A DNA stretch of 64,000 nt from Vulcanimicrobiota bacterium (GCA_963812155.1 CAWETW010000003.1:1184001-1248000), one strand, 5' to 3'. Shown: positions 19,980 through 30,178, counted from the first letter of the stretch. Translations and numbers: made by a program. Notes: a model not told the origin generated them from the sequence alone.

Positions 19980-20510
19980 ATGGACGAGGTCTACCTGCAG
20001 GCGGACCGAGCCGATGCCGCTCAGGCGCGCGTCGAAACGATGGTGCGCGAGTATCAGACCAAGCTCGCGCGGTATCTTCGGCGGATGGTCGGCGACGCCG
20101 AAGTGGCGCTCGACCTCACCCAGGACGTGTTCTTGGCGGCCTACCGTATCCTGAAGTCGGACCCGCAGCGCGAACTCACCGCCGGATGGCTCTATCGCGC
20201 GGCGACCAACGGCGCAATCTCGTTCATGCGCCGCCGCAAGATCGTGCGGATGCTTCCGCTCGATCGCGAGCTCGATCGCGAGCAATGGCGGATCGACGAG
20301 CGAAGCGCCGCATCCGTCGATCTGCAGGCGGCGCTGCGCCGGCTTCCGCTCGAGCAGTCGTCCGCGGTGCTGCTGACGAGTTACGCGGGCTACTCCTCGC
20401 AAGAGGCGGCGGCAATGCTCGGCACGACCTCGGATGCAATCCGGCAACGGGTCTGCCGCGCGATGCGGATGCTGCGAACGATTATGACTGAGAGGGAAAC
20501 GCATACATGA
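19980..20510 (+). CDS. ECF RNA polymerase sigma factor
   Basis: DLTQDVFL, WLYRAATN and region 4 GYSSQEAAAMLG. Confidence 0.9.
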   Translation: MDEVYLQADRADAAQARVETMVREYQTKLARYLRRMVGDAEVALDLTQDVFLAAYRILKSDPQRELTAGWLYRAATNGAISFMRRRKIVRMLPLDRELDREQWRIDERSAASVDLQAALRRLPLEQSSAVLLTSYAGYSSQEAAAMLGTTSDAIRQRVCRAMRMLRTIMTERETHT

Positions 20511-21493
20511 GGCACGACGATTGCGGGCGCGCGGAATCGAACGCGGGTGCGGTGGCACTCGGCGAAGCGTCCGACGCACAACGCGAAGAGTATCGCGCGC
20601 ACGTCGCGCGATGCGCGCCGTGTTTGGACGCGCTCGGCGGCGAGCGCGACATCGAACGGACCATGCAGCTCGTAGCGCGGGCGCGCGACGAGGAGATCTG
20701 GGAGCCGCACGTGCGTCTCGATTTCAAGGAGCGCGCCGGCTTCGCGCGCCGCGCGTGGCAGTACGGCTTGGCGGCTGCGGCCGTTGCCGTGCTGGCGTTG
20801 GGAGCGCGTACGCTCGTGCCGAACGGCAGCGCTCCGGCGCCGCAACGCGTCGCGATCGTCACGACGCACCGCGTCGCCGCTCCGGCCGTGCAGGCGCTGG
20901 CCTCGGGCCACGATCTCGTGGTGGTTCACAGCGTCGCGACGCTGCGGCGTCCCGCGCTCCTTGCAGCGGCGCCGGCCCGGACACAGCCCAAAACCGTTAT
21001 CGCGGCGCACCGCACCGAATCCGCTCCGGCCACAGCGTCGCACGTTCCGGGCGCGCACGCGAGTCCGGCGCCGGCGATCGTGGCGCTGGCCGATCCGTCG
21101 CAGCGCGAGGAACGTTCGGTTTCGGCGCTGCGCACCGTCGGCACGTCGCCGCCCGTTCCGCAACGCGCCGAATCGATCGCGATGCAGCCGTCCGGCATCA
21201 CGCGCGATGCGGCCCCGCTCGGCGGCGAGAACGCGATCGTTCCGCATCCGACCGCGATTGCGTATTACGAAAACGCCGAGGGGACGACCGCGTTCGAGGT
21301 CAGCGTCGACGAGCGAGGCGCGCCGGTAAAATGCGCGATCGTCAAATCGTCGGGGTTCGTAGTGCTCGACGAGGCGGTCTGCCGCGCCGCAATGCGCGTG
21401 CGCTACGCGCCGCGCGAAGTCAACGGCCGTGCCGTTCCCGGCGTCTATCGCGACGCCCTGACGTTTCAAGCGGGCGACGGACTAGCGCACTAA
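20507..21493 (+). CDS. zf-HC2 anti-sigma factor with C-terminal TonB_C domain
   Basis: HVARCAPC, one TM, a Pro/Ala linker, then EGTTAFEVSVDERG..SSGFVVLDEAVC..YAP..NGRAV. Confidence 0.82.
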   Translation: MRHDDCGRAESNAGAVALGEASDAQREEYRAHVARCAPCLDALGGERDIERTMQLVARARDEEIWEPHVRLDFKERAGFARRAWQYGLAAAAVAVLALGARTLVPNGSAPAPQRVAIVTTHRVAAPAVQALASGHDLVVVHSVATLRRPALLAAAPARTQPKTVIAAHRTESAPATASHVPGAHASPAPAIVALADPSQREERSVSALRTVGTSPPVPQRAESIAMQPSGITRDAAPLGGENAIVPHPTAIAYYENAEGTTAFEVSVDERGAPVKCAIVKSSGFVVLDEAVCRAAMRVRYAPREVNGRAVPGVYRDALTFQAGDGLAH

Positions 21494-21503
21494 ACGCCGC
21501 TTA

Positions 21504-21523
21504 GGGGACGCGCTGGCGTCCCC
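21504..21523. terminator. GC-rich hairpin, possible terminator
   Basis: GGGGACGC-gctg-GCGTCCCC after the anti-sigma stop; no U tract. Confidence 0.4.
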
Positions 21524-21539
21524 GCGAAACGCGCGTGGC

Positions 21540-22976
21540 ATGGCCGAGAGCCGGTTCGTCTATCGGTTTGAGTCCGATTTGCGCCTCGACGACCATGCCG
21601 GTCTGCGTGCCGCGGCGTCCCGAGGCGCGGTCGTGCCGGTGGTCGTCGTCGATCCGTCGCTGACGTCGCGGCTGCGTCGATCGCCGCGCCGCGCCGCATT
21701 TTTCTGCGCCGCCATTGCCGCGCTCGATAACGAACTGCGCGATCGCGGCAGCCGGCTCATCGTTCGTCGCGGGCCGGCGGGCGCGGTGCTGAAAACCGTT
21801 GCCGCCGAGTCGGGCGCGACCGGCGTCGCGTGGAGCGTTAGGTACGGCGCGGAAGCCGTCGCAACCGCAGAGCGGCTCCAGTCCGAACTCGAGGAATCCG
21901 GCTACGCAGTTACCGCCGTGCACGACGCGCCCGCAATTCCACCGGAAGAAACCGCCGCGGCGCATTCCGGCGCGGGTGAAGGCTATCGCGCCTTCGCTCC
22001 ATATTTCGAGGTGTGGCGCGAACTGCCCGTGCTTTCACACGAGCACCCGCTGCTGTTGCGTTTTGTCGGCGACGAGCTTGCGAGCGAGGCGCTGCCGTCA
22101 CCCGGCGAGTTCGGCGCCGAAATCGAAACGGTGAAGGCGGGCTCCGCCGCGGCGCGCGACGCATTCGATCGCTTCCTGCGCGACGATGCCGCGCACTATG
22201 CGGAAGCGGCGCTGCTGCCGGCCGAAGACGGAACGTCGCGGATGTCGGCGGATCTTTCGTTTGGAACGATCTCGTCGCGGTCGATGATGGCTGCAATTCG
22301 CGAACGGCTGCGCGACGCGCTGCGCCCGGCGCACGAACGCGCGTCGCTGCGCGCCTTTCTGCGCTCGCTGGCGCGACGCGATTTTTTGCTGCAACTCGCA
22401 TGGTTCCATCCGCGCACGTTCGACGAGCCGCTGCAGGAGAAGATGCGCGGGTTTTCGTTCGCGCAATCGCATTCGGCGCTCGAGGCGTGGCGCCGCGGCG
22501 CGACCGGCTTTCCGCTGGTCGATGCCGGCATTCGCCAACTGCGCGAGACGGGCTGGATGCATCCGCACGTGCGTGCCGTCGCCGCATCATTTCTGTGTTT
22601 CGATTTGGGCGTCGACTGGCGCATCGGTCGCGATGAGTGGGACGCGCTGCTCGTGGAAGACGACGACGCGCTGGCGACGGGCGACTGGCAATGGATTGCC
22701 GGCGTGGGCGCCGATATGGCGCAGTATCCGCGCATCTATAACCCCGAACGGCAGCGCCGCCGCATCGATGCCGACGGCCGCTACGTGCGCCGCTGGATTC
22801 CCGAACTCGAACGCGTGCCGGTCGCGTATTGGAACGATCGCGCGTCGCGTTCGCCGCAACTCGCGTTGGAACTCTCCGTACCGGGTGCGTATCCCCAAGC
22901 CGTCATCGATCATGGCGAAGCCGCGCGCGCCTTCTTGGCGCGCTACCGCGCCTTCCTCACGAAAGGGTCTCTATGA
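21540..22976 (+). CDS. Photolyase/cryptochrome family flavoprotein (divergent)
   Basis: DLRLDDH, TSRMS..LSFGTIS, TGFPLVDAGIRQLRETGWMH, WQW, YNP and YVRRWIPEL motifs. Confidence 0.9.
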   Translation: MAESRFVYRFESDLRLDDHAGLRAAASRGAVVPVVVVDPSLTSRLRRSPRRAAFFCAAIAALDNELRDRGSRLIVRRGPAGAVLKTVAAESGATGVAWSVRYGAEAVATAERLQSELEESGYAVTAVHDAPAIPPEETAAAHSGAGEGYRAFAPYFEVWRELPVLSHEHPLLLRFVGDELASEALPSPGEFGAEIETVKAGSAAARDAFDRFLRDDAAHYAEAALLPAEDGTSRMSADLSFGTISSRSMMAAIRERLRDALRPAHERASLRAFLRSLARRDFLLQLAWFHPRTFDEPLQEKMRGFSFAQSHSALEAWRRGATGFPLVDAGIRQLRETGWMHPHVRAVAASFLCFDLGVDWRIGRDEWDALLVEDDDALATGDWQWIAGVGADMAQYPRIYNPERQRRRIDADGRYVRRWIPELERVPVAYWNDRASRSPQLALELSVPGAYPQAVIDHGEAARAFLARYRAFLTKGSL

Positions 22977-24001
22977 AACGCGTTTCGATTCTGCTCTTCG
23001 GCGGCGTGCTCGTTTCGTGTGCCGGCTCCGGTCCGTCGTTAGCACCCCACGACTTCGCCGGCACTCGGCCGTACGCGTCTACGCAGGGAACGCAAACGTT
23101 TCACTACACCGGCGCAAAGCAGAATTTTACCGTGCCCGAAAGCGTGTCGAGCTTGATGGTTACGGTGCGCGGCGCAGGCAGCGGGACGAAGCGCGGCGGA
23201 CTCGTCGACGCGACGATTCCGGTTTCGCCCGGCGAAGTGTTGGCGGTTTTCGTTGGCGGCGCGCCGCAAGGTTTGAGTGGCGGATTTAACGGCGGCGGCA
23301 ACTCACCCGTCTCCGGTTCCCTCGACGGCCGAGGTGGCGGCGGCGCGTCGGACGTGCGTCAGGGTGGGAACGGTTTGATGGATCGTGTGATCGTAGCCGG
23401 CGGGGCGGGCGGCCGCGGAAATAGCGGATACAACGACAGCGGGAAAAGCGGCGCCGGAAGCTTCGGCGGCGGCTTACGAGGAGGCCGCGGAGGAGCGGGC
23501 GGGTTCTCGAGCGGCGCGGGCGGCGCCGGATTCGGCGGCGGCGGTGGTCTCCCGGGTACACAGAACGCTAGCGGCAAAGGCGGTGGCGCCGGCGGCGTGG
23601 AGGGTGGGAGCGGGTGGGTCGGTTGCCACGGCTTGCGCGGTAAGCTTGGGCAAGGCGGTTTCGGAGGCGTCGGCGGCGGAACGATCGGCGGCGGCGGGGG
23701 TGGCGGCGGCGGTGGTTACTACGGCGGGGGCGGTGGTGGCGGTGGCGGCGGAAGCGATCTCAAAGACGGGAACGGAGGCGGAGGCGGCGGTGGCGGGGGT
23801 TCGGCGTTTGCCGAGCCAAGTGCGACCAACGTAACGTTTACTTCCGCTGGCGGCACGACCGGAAATGGTCAAGTCACCATCTCTTGGGGCTCTTCGGTAT
23901 TGAAATCAGCCGCTTTGCACGGCGCTGCACTTTTCGTTGCGGAATTGAGTCGGCAGAGCACACAGCCGCTGCCGCTACATTCCAATTGTACGGGGTCGTG
24001 A
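22973..24001 (+). CDS. Glycine-rich lipoprotein (ALK/LTK-like Gly-rich domain)
   Basis: Lipobox VSC, FHYTGAKQNFTVP, GGGGGASDVR, IVAGGAGG, poly-Gly and GNGQVTISW. Confidence 0.75.
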   Translation: MKRVSILLFGGVLVSCAGSGPSLAPHDFAGTRPYASTQGTQTFHYTGAKQNFTVPESVSSLMVTVRGAGSGTKRGGLVDATIPVSPGEVLAVFVGGAPQGLSGGFNGGGNSPVSGSLDGRGGGGASDVRQGGNGLMDRVIVAGGAGGRGNSGYNDSGKSGAGSFGGGLRGGRGGAGGFSSGAGGAGFGGGGGLPGTQNASGKGGGAGGVEGGSGWVGCHGLRGKLGQGGFGGVGGGTIGGGGGGGGGGYYGGGGGGGGGGSDLKDGNGGGGGGGGGSAFAEPSATNVTFTSAGGTTGNGQVTISWGSSVLKSAALHGAALFVAELSRQSTQPLPLHSNCTGS

Positions 24002-24014
24002 CGGTCGCGATCGG

Positions 24015-24587
24015 CTAGCTTACGCGTTTCTCGCTCGGAAAGTGATCTTCGATCCAACCGCTGATGATCGGGACGCGGACGTCGTCGCCGTTCCAGGTTT
24101 TGATGCCGAAGTAGACGCTCGCGACTAAGAAGAGCGGGATCAGGAACGGGATGAGCACCCCAGCCGAAAAGCCGAGGAACGGCACGTTGCTGAGCACCGA
24201 GAGCAGACCCCAAAAACCGAACATGCCGAGGTTGAAGCCGAGCGCCTGAATCGCTTGCATGCGCAAATAGCGCGACTGCTTGCGATCGAAGAGCGAGAGC
24301 AGCGCCAGCGGCCAGAGCGGATAGCCGAGCGCGACGAGCGCGCGCGACTCGAGCGGATCCGACGGCACCGCGATCTCCGCTTTCGTAACGACTGCCGGGC
24401 GTGCACTCGGACGCGGGGGAACCCGTCCGCCGATCTGCTGCCGGGTTGCGGTGGCCGCTTCGACCTTTGCAGCGAGACGGCAGCTCGGGCACGATCCGTT
24501 GTCGTCGCGACACGTCGCGCAGACCGGTTTGTTGCAGTCCGCGCAGGGCGCGACCGACGGAACGTTCGAGTGAAAGTAGCAGTCCAT
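24015..24587 (-). CDS. B-box-like Zn-finger plus DUF4870-like membrane protein
   Basis: CYFH..CADC..CATC..CPSC, then three TMs ending in GDDVRVPIIS. Confidence 0.7.
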   Translation of the reverse strand: MDCYFHSNVPSVAPCADCNKPVCATCRDDNGSCPSCRLAAKVEAATATRQQIGGRVPPRPSARPAVVTKAEIAVPSDPLESRALVALGYPLWPLALLSLFDRKQSRYLRMQAIQALGFNLGMFGFWGLLSVLSNVPFLGFSAGVLIPFLIPLFLVASVYFGIKTWNGDDVRVPIISGWIEDHFPSEKRVS

Positions 24588-24608
24588 GATTCCCCTTTCG
24601 TCCTTCGT

Positions 24609-24672
24609 CCTTCGACTGCGGCGCTTCGCGCCTTCGCTCAGGATGACACTGTGCCTTCGCTCAGGGTGACAC
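24609..24672. repeat. REP-like intergenic element with tandem units
   Basis: CCTTCGACTGCGGCGC followed by GCCTTCGCTCAGGATGACAC (24630-24649) and GCCTTCGCTCAGGGTGACAC (24653-24672). Confidence 0.75.
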
Positions 24673-24742
24673 AGTCTAATCGCAATACCGGCACCGGGCA
24701 GGGCAGGTTTCACGGCGGCGCGGCCGCAAGACGAACGCGCCG

Positions 24743-26494
24743 ATGAGCCGCCGCTCGATTCTCCATCGCCTGGCGCGGGAGGCACGACCCTACTACCCGC
24801 GCATCGCGGTGGCTACGGTCCTCGGAGCGCTGGCCGGCGTGCTGACGCTGGTCCCGCCGGCCGCCTTTCGCATCATCATCAACCGGGTGCTTGCGCCGCC
24901 CGGCGGCCATCCGCCGGATCTGCGCGCTCTCTACGTCACGTTGGGAGTCACGTCGGCAGCGCTCGTGCTGGCAAACGTCGCGATCTACTATCAGACGTAC
25001 CTGACGGCGTGGAGCGGCCAGCATCTCATTGCCCGCTTGCGCATTCGCCTCTTCGAGCGGCTCCTCAACCTGCCGCTGGAGACCTTCGACCGCTGGCGGC
25101 CCGGGGAACTCATCGCCCGCTTCAGCACCGATTTGCAACTGATGACCGATGCGGTCAGCGTGTCGCTGCCGCAGCTGGTCGTCGCGCTCGTTACCTTTAT
25201 TTCGTCGTTCGTCACGATGATCTATCTCGACTGGCTGCTGACGCTCTCGCTGATCGTCGTCGCGCCGGTCGTGACGTTGGCCGTATCGCGTTTCCAAGGG
25301 CTGATCGGCGCCAGCACCCATCGCGCGCAGGAACGTATCGCGGATCTCTCCGCGAATCTAACCGAAGTGCTGCAGGGTCAGCGCGTGGTTAAGGCGTTCG
25401 GACGCGAAGAACACGAAGTCGCGCGCTTTTCGACCCGCAACGACGATTTCTTCGGCGCGTACATGAAACTCACGCAGTTCATTCAGACGCAGCCGGTCGT
25501 CATTTCGACGATCATGGTCGCCGCCGTCGTGTTCATCATGTGGCTCTCCGTGCGCGAGGTGCTGCACGGCCGGCTCGACACCGGAACCGTGTTCATGTAC
25601 TGGGCGCTGCTCGTTAATCTGATGAATCCGATGAACCGCGTAGCCGCGTTTTTCGGCGACATCAGCAAAGCGATCGTCGGTGCCGGCCGCGTCTTCGAAG
25701 TGCTCGATCTTGCGGCCGAGACGCGTGACGAGGACAACGCGGCGCCGCTTCCGGCCGTGCGCGGGCGCATCGCATTCGAAGACGTGTCGTTTTCGTATGC
25801 GGGAGAAGAGTCGCCGGCGCTGCGGCACGTGGATGCGACGATCGAAGCCGGCGAAATCGTCGCGCTGGTCGGGCCGTCGGGCGCGGGCAAGACGACGATC
25901 GTTAATCTCGTTCCGCGGTTCTACGCGCCGCAGGAGGGCGCCGTCCGAGTAGACGGCGTCGACATCGCGACCGTTCGGCTGGCAGACTTACGCCGTGCGA
26001 TTGCGATCGTTCCACAGGACCCGCAGCTGTTTCGAGCGTCGATTTTAGAGAATATTCGCTACGGGCGGCTCGATGCAACCGACGACGAAGTCCGCGCCGC
26101 CGCCCGCGAGGCCAACGTCGACGATTTCGTACGCGCGTTTTCGAGCGGTTACGAGACGGAAGTGGGCGAGCGCGGCGTCCGTCTTTCCGGCGGCGAGCGT
26201 CAGCGCATCGCGATCGCGCGCGCGATCCTGCGCGATCCGCGGATTCTGATCCTCGACGAAGCGACCAGCGCGCTCGACAGCCATTCGGAGGCGATGATCG
26301 AACAAGCGTTGGATCGTCTGCTGCCTGGGCGCACGACGCTGATCATCGCGCACCGGCTTTCGACGATCCGGCGCGCGCATAAGGTGCTGTTCATCGAGGC
26401 GGGACGCGTCCTGGAAATCGGCACGCACGAAGAACTGCTGGCGCGTGGCGGCGCCTACGCGCGCTTGCATGCCGCGCAGTTTACCGTAAAGTAG
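24743..26494 (+). CDS. MsbA-like ABC exporter (TMD+NBD)
   Basis: Six TMs, [30 protein letters not shown] and IAHRLST. Confidence 0.93.
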   Translation: MSRRSILHRLAREARPYYPRIAVATVLGALAGVLTLVPPAAFRIIINRVLAPPGGHPPDLRALYVTLGVTSAALVLANVAIYYQTYLTAWSGQHLIARLRIRLFERLLNLPLETFDRWRPGELIARFSTDLQLMTDAVSVSLPQLVVALVTFISSFVTMIYLDWLLTLSLIVVAPVVTLAVSRFQGLIGASTHRAQERIADLSANLTEVLQGQRVVKAFGREEHEVARFSTRNDDFFGAYMKLTQFIQTQPVVISTIMVAAVVFIMWLSVREVLHGRLDTGTVFMYWALLVNLMNPMNRVAAFFGDISKAIVGAGRVFEVLDLAAETRDEDNAAPLPAVRGRIAFEDVSFSYAGEESPALRHVDATIEAGEIVALVGPSGAGKTTIVNLVPRFYAPQEGAVRVDGVDIATVRLADLRRAIAIVPQDPQLFRASILENIRYGRLDATDDEVRAAAREANVDDFVRAFSSGYETEVGERGVRLSGGERQRIAIARAILRDPRILILDEATSALDSHSEAMIEQALDRLLPGRTTLIIAHRLSTIRRAHKVLFIEAGRVLEIGTHEELLARGGAYARLHAAQFTVK

Positions 26495-26648
26495 GCGGCT
26501 CCGAGGTCTCTTTCACTCGGCGAATTGCGCGATCGGGAGGGGCGACGATGCCGATCTTCACCTTGTCGCCGTCAATGCCGACGACCACGATGCGCACGTC
26601 GTCTCCGATGACGATCGACTGATTGACCTTACGAGTCAGTACGAGCAC
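26481..26648 (-). CDS. csrA: Carbon storage regulator CsrA/RsmA (55 aa, absent from the ORF track)
   Basis: Hand translation from GTG 26648: [55 protein letters not shown]. Confidence 0.9.
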   Translation of the reverse strand: MLVLTRKVNQSIVIGDDVRIVVVGIDGDKVKIGIVAPPDRAIRRVKETSEPPTLR

Positions 26649-26837
26649 TGCCGTTGCTCAATGCGACGTCACGGCGCGCTCCGCCTCGCCACCTCGCTGT
26701 GGTGGGGAGGAAATTGGCCGGCTCGGGTCGATACATCGTAACTGAACGCCCAAAAAACGGCCAATTCCGATCTCGACTCGCTCGAGTTCGTCCAAACTTT
26801 GCCTTAAAGAACCTTAACCTCGTAGAAAGGATTCCAC

Positions 26838-27392
26838 TTGAACAAGGGATTCACCGTATGGCTTACGGGTCTCTCCGGAGCGGGGAAAAGCACCATTGCC
26901 GAACGGCTCGGACCCGAGCTGACCGCCCGTGGTCGCAACGTCGAGGTGCTCGACGGCGACGAGGTCCGCACCCATCTCTCTAAGGGGTTGGGGTTCAGTC
27001 GCGAAGATCGCGACATCAACATCGGACGCATTTCGTTCGTAGCATCGCTGCTCGCCAAGCACGGCGCCGCCGTGATCACGGCCGCGATCTCGCCGTACGC
27101 CCAAGCGCGAGACGAAGCGCGCCGGCGGATCGGCCCCGATCAATTCGTCGAAGTGTACGTGCGCTGCTCGATTCCGGAACTGACGCGCCGCGACGTCAAA
27201 GGGCTCTACGCCAAAGCGATCGCCGGCGAAATCAAGCACTTCACGGGCGTTTCGGATCCGTACGAAGCACCCGAACACCCCGACGTCACGGTCGACAGCG
27301 AAAAAGAAACGGTCGAAGAGAGCGTCGGAATGATTCTTGCGGAGCTGGAGAAGCGCGGCTTCGTGCGCGCAGGCGAAAAGGCGGGCGTATGA
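26838..27392 (+). CDS. cysC: Adenylyl-sulfate kinase
   Basis: [26 protein letters not shown] and [11 protein letters not shown] motifs. Confidence 0.96.
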   Translation: MNKGFTVWLTGLSGAGKSTIAERLGPELTARGRNVEVLDGDEVRTHLSKGLGFSREDRDINIGRISFVASLLAKHGAAVITAAISPYAQARDEARRRIGPDQFVEVYVRCSIPELTRRDVKGLYAKAIAGEIKHFTGVSDPYEAPEHPDVTVDSEKETVEESVGMILAELEKRGFVRAGEKAGV

Positions 27393-28534
27393 GCACTCCG
27401 CATGGCGGCAAACTGATCGATCGAACCGTTGCGTCGCCCGAAGCCGAACGCGAACTGCGTGAAGAGGCAAAGGGTCTTCGCAAACTGACGCTTACCGGGC
27501 GGGAACTCAACGATCTGGCGCTGATCGCCATCGGCGCCATCAGCCCGCTGACCGGCTTCATGACGCGTGCCGATTACGAAAGCGTCGTTCCCACGATGCG
27601 TCTCGCGAACGGATTGCCGTTGAGCATTCCGGTCGTGCTTGCCGTCGATCGGGAAGAAGCGCCGACGCCGGGATCGCGCGCGGCGCTCTACGACGGCGAG
27701 GGCGCGCTGCGCGGCGTGATCGAGGTTCAAGACGTTTTCGAATACGACAAAAAGCGCGAAGCCGAGAACGTGTATCGCACCGACGACGAGAAGCACCCCG
27801 GCGTTGCCGCGCTGTACGAGCGCAAAGACGTACTCATCGGCGGCCCGGTATGGGTGCTCCCGCGCGAACGCGACCCCGAGAACCTCACGCCGGCCCAGAC
27901 GCGTGCCGAGTTCGAACGCCGCGGCTGGAAGACGATCGTCGGTTTCCAGACGCGTAATCCGGTGCATCGGGCCCACGAGTACATCCAGAAGTGCGCGCTC
28001 GAGATGGTCGACGGATTGCTGCTGCATCCGCTCGTCGGCGAAACCAAAGGCGACGACATTCCGGCAGACGTGCGCATGCGCTGCTATCGCGCGCTGCTCG
28101 ACAACTACTATCCCGCCGACCGCGTGCTGTTGAGCACGCTTCCGGCGGCGATGCGGTACGCCGGTCCGCGCGAAGCGATCTTTCACGCGATGATGCGCAA
28201 GAACTACGGCTGCACGCACTTCATCGTCGGACGCGACCACGCGGGCGTCGGCAGCTACTACGGGACGTACGACGCGCAGAAGCTCTTCGACGAGTTCAGT
28301 ATCGACGAGCTGGGCATCACGCCGCTGAAGTTCGAAAACAGCTTCTACTGCCGCCGCTGTCAATCGATGGGCTCGAAGAAGACGTGTCCCCACGATCCGG
28401 AGAACCACGTGTCCCTCAGCGGAACGGCGGTGCGCGCGATGCTGCGCGCCGGCGAACTGCCGCCGCCGGAGTTCTCCCGGCCTGAGGTGGCGCAGATTCT
28501 GATCGAAGCCTCGCGCGAGGCGGCCTCAGCCTAA
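27389..28534 (+). CDS. sat: Sulfate adenylyltransferase
   Basis: [27 protein letters not shown] and VGRDHAG motifs. Confidence 0.96.
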   Translation: MSTPHGGKLIDRTVASPEAERELREEAKGLRKLTLTGRELNDLALIAIGAISPLTGFMTRADYESVVPTMRLANGLPLSIPVVLAVDREEAPTPGSRAALYDGEGALRGVIEVQDVFEYDKKREAENVYRTDDEKHPGVAALYERKDVLIGGPVWVLPRERDPENLTPAQTRAEFERRGWKTIVGFQTRNPVHRAHEYIQKCALEMVDGLLLHPLVGETKGDDIPADVRMRCYRALLDNYYPADRVLLSTLPAAMRYAGPREAIFHAMMRKNYGCTHFIVGRDHAGVGSYYGTYDAQKLFDEFSIDELGITPLKFENSFYCRRCQSMGSKKTCPHDPENHVSLSGTAVRAMLRAGELPPPEFSRPEVAQILIEASREAASA

Positions 28535-28542
28535 GCGGAACC

Positions 28543-28569
28543 CCGGGAGCCGGCTCGGCCGGTTCCCGG
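28543..28569. terminator. Strong hairpin after sat
   Basis: CCGGGAGCCGGC-tcg-GCCGGTTCCCGG, 12 bp including one G-U pair. Confidence 0.5.
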
Positions 28570-28606
28570 AGGCTTCCAACCGCTCGTAGACCACGGCCGG
28601 GGGCCG

Positions 28607-28746
28607 TGATATACTTTGCGCGGCCGCCCGGCAACCCGGACGGCTCAGCACTACGCCCGGCATGGAGGCTGGGCGCCGATGGTTCCGCGACGCGACCGCA
28701 GCGCCGGGATGGCCCGCGGCCGGGAGCCAGAAAGGTTTATTTCACC
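28607..28746 (+). promoter_or_regulatory. Extended -10 promoter (TG-a-TATACT) and structured rpsB leader
   Basis: TG at 28607-08 and TATACT at 28610-15, followed by a GC-rich leader of about 125 nt with hairpins. Confidence 0.55.
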
Positions 28747-29535
28747 ATGTCCGTCGTCACCATGCGGGAACTCCTCGAAGCGGGCGTCCACTTCGGCCAC
28801 CAAACGCGCCGTTGGAACCCCAAGATGAAGCCCTTCATCTTTCAGGAACGCAATGGAATTTACATCATCGATCTCGCGCTGACCGTTCAGAAGCTGCGAG
28901 AGACCGTCGAAGCCGTCAAGCAGCTCTCGCGCGAAGGGCGCGTGATTCTCTTCGTCGGCACGAAGAAGCAGGCGCAAGACGCCGTACGCGAAGAGGCCGA
29001 ACGCGCCGGCACGTTTTACGTGAACCAGCGCTGGCTCGGCGGAACGCTGACCAACTTCGCGACGATTCAGAAGCGCATCGCGCGCCTGCGCGAGCTCGAG
29101 AACATGAAGGTTCAGGGCGACTTCGACCGGCTTCCTAAAAAAGAAGTCGCGAGGCTGCAGGACGAGATGAACAAGCTCGAGCGTTTCTTGGGCGGCATCA
29201 AAGACATGCATCGTCTGCCCGACGCGATTTTCATCGTCGATCCGAAGAAAGAACGCATCGCCGTGCTCGAGGCGCGCAAGCTCGGCATTCCGATCATCGC
29301 TGTGATCGATACCAACTGCGATCCCGATGAAATCGACTATCCGATTCCCGGCAACGACGACGCGATTCGCGCCGTGAAGCTGCTCGTCGGAAAGATCGCC
29401 GACGCGATCGTCGAGGGCCGCACCGAAAGCGAAAGTGCCTACGACGAATCGGCGTACGGCGGCGCTCCGCAGGACGAGTACGTCGAGGAAGCACCGACGA
29501 CGCTGGCCGAGGCCGAGGCCGCCGCCGCCGTCTAA
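28747..29535 (+). CDS. rpsB: 30S ribosomal protein S2
   Basis: [19 protein letters not shown] and PGNDDAIR motifs. Confidence 0.98.
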   Translation: MSVVTMRELLEAGVHFGHQTRRWNPKMKPFIFQERNGIYIIDLALTVQKLRETVEAVKQLSREGRVILFVGTKKQAQDAVREEAERAGTFYVNQRWLGGTLTNFATIQKRIARLRELENMKVQGDFDRLPKKEVARLQDEMNKLERFLGGIKDMHRLPDAIFIVDPKKERIAVLEARKLGIPIIAVIDTNCDPDEIDYPIPGNDDAIRAVKLLVGKIADAIVEGRTESESAYDESAYGGAPQDEYVEEAPTTLAEAEAAAAV

Positions 29536-29559
29536 CAGACAGAGAGAGGAAAGGGACCC

Positions 29560-30168
29560 GTGTCGACCGCGATGTCGTATCAACCCAAAGCCGACGAAAT
29601 CAAGGCGCTGCGCGAAGAAACCAGCGCGCCGATGATGGACTGCCGCAAGGCGCTCGTGGAGGCGGCGGGTGACGTCGCCAAAGCAAAAACGCTTTTGCTG
29701 GAGCGCGGCGCGGCGCAGGCCGCAAAAAAGGCCGAGCGCACTGCCAACGAGGGCATCGTGACCAGCTACGTTCACGCCGGCGGAAAGATCGGCGTGCTCG
29801 TCGAGGTCAACAGCGAGACCGACTTCGTAGCGCGCAATCCGAAGTTCGCAGAGTTGTCGCGCGACATCGCCATGCACATCGCGGCCATGTCGCCGCAGTA
29901 CCTCGACCGCGAGAGCGTGCCCGCCGAAACCGTCGACCAGGCGCGCGCCGAGTTCCGCGCGGCGGTGCCTCCCGGCAAGCCTCCGGAGGTCGCCGAACGC
30001 ATCGTCGAAGGCAAGCTGAACAAATGGTTCGAGGAGCATTGCCTGCTCGACCAAGCATTCGTCAAGGACGACGCCCTCAGCGTCGGCGATTTGCTCAACG
30101 CCGCCATCGGTTCGCTGGGCGAGAAAATCCGCGTGCGGCGCTTCGTGAAATACGCGCTCGGCGAATAA
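29560..30168 (+). CDS. tsf: Elongation factor Ts (short form)
   Basis: [16 protein letters not shown] and [10 protein letters not shown] motifs. Confidence 0.97.
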   Translation: MSTAMSYQPKADEIKALREETSAPMMDCRKALVEAAGDVAKAKTLLLERGAAQAAKKAERTANEGIVTSYVHAGGKIGVLVEVNSETDFVARNPKFAELSRDIAMHIAAMSPQYLDRESVPAETVDQARAEFRAAVPPGKPPEVAERIVEGKLNKWFEEHCLLDQAFVKDDALSVGDLLNAAIGSLGEKIRVRRFVKYALGE

Positions 30169-30178
30169 GGAAAGCTCG

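Noticed and set aside
23680..23800. GGC microsatellite
   Set aside because: Explained by poly-Gly coding with mixed codons.
24609..24672. Possible mini-CRISPR array
   Set aside because: Only two 20-nt units with a 3-nt gap, and no cas genes.
29560..30168. Truncated EF-Ts
   Set aside because: The short form of about 200 aa is a known natural type.
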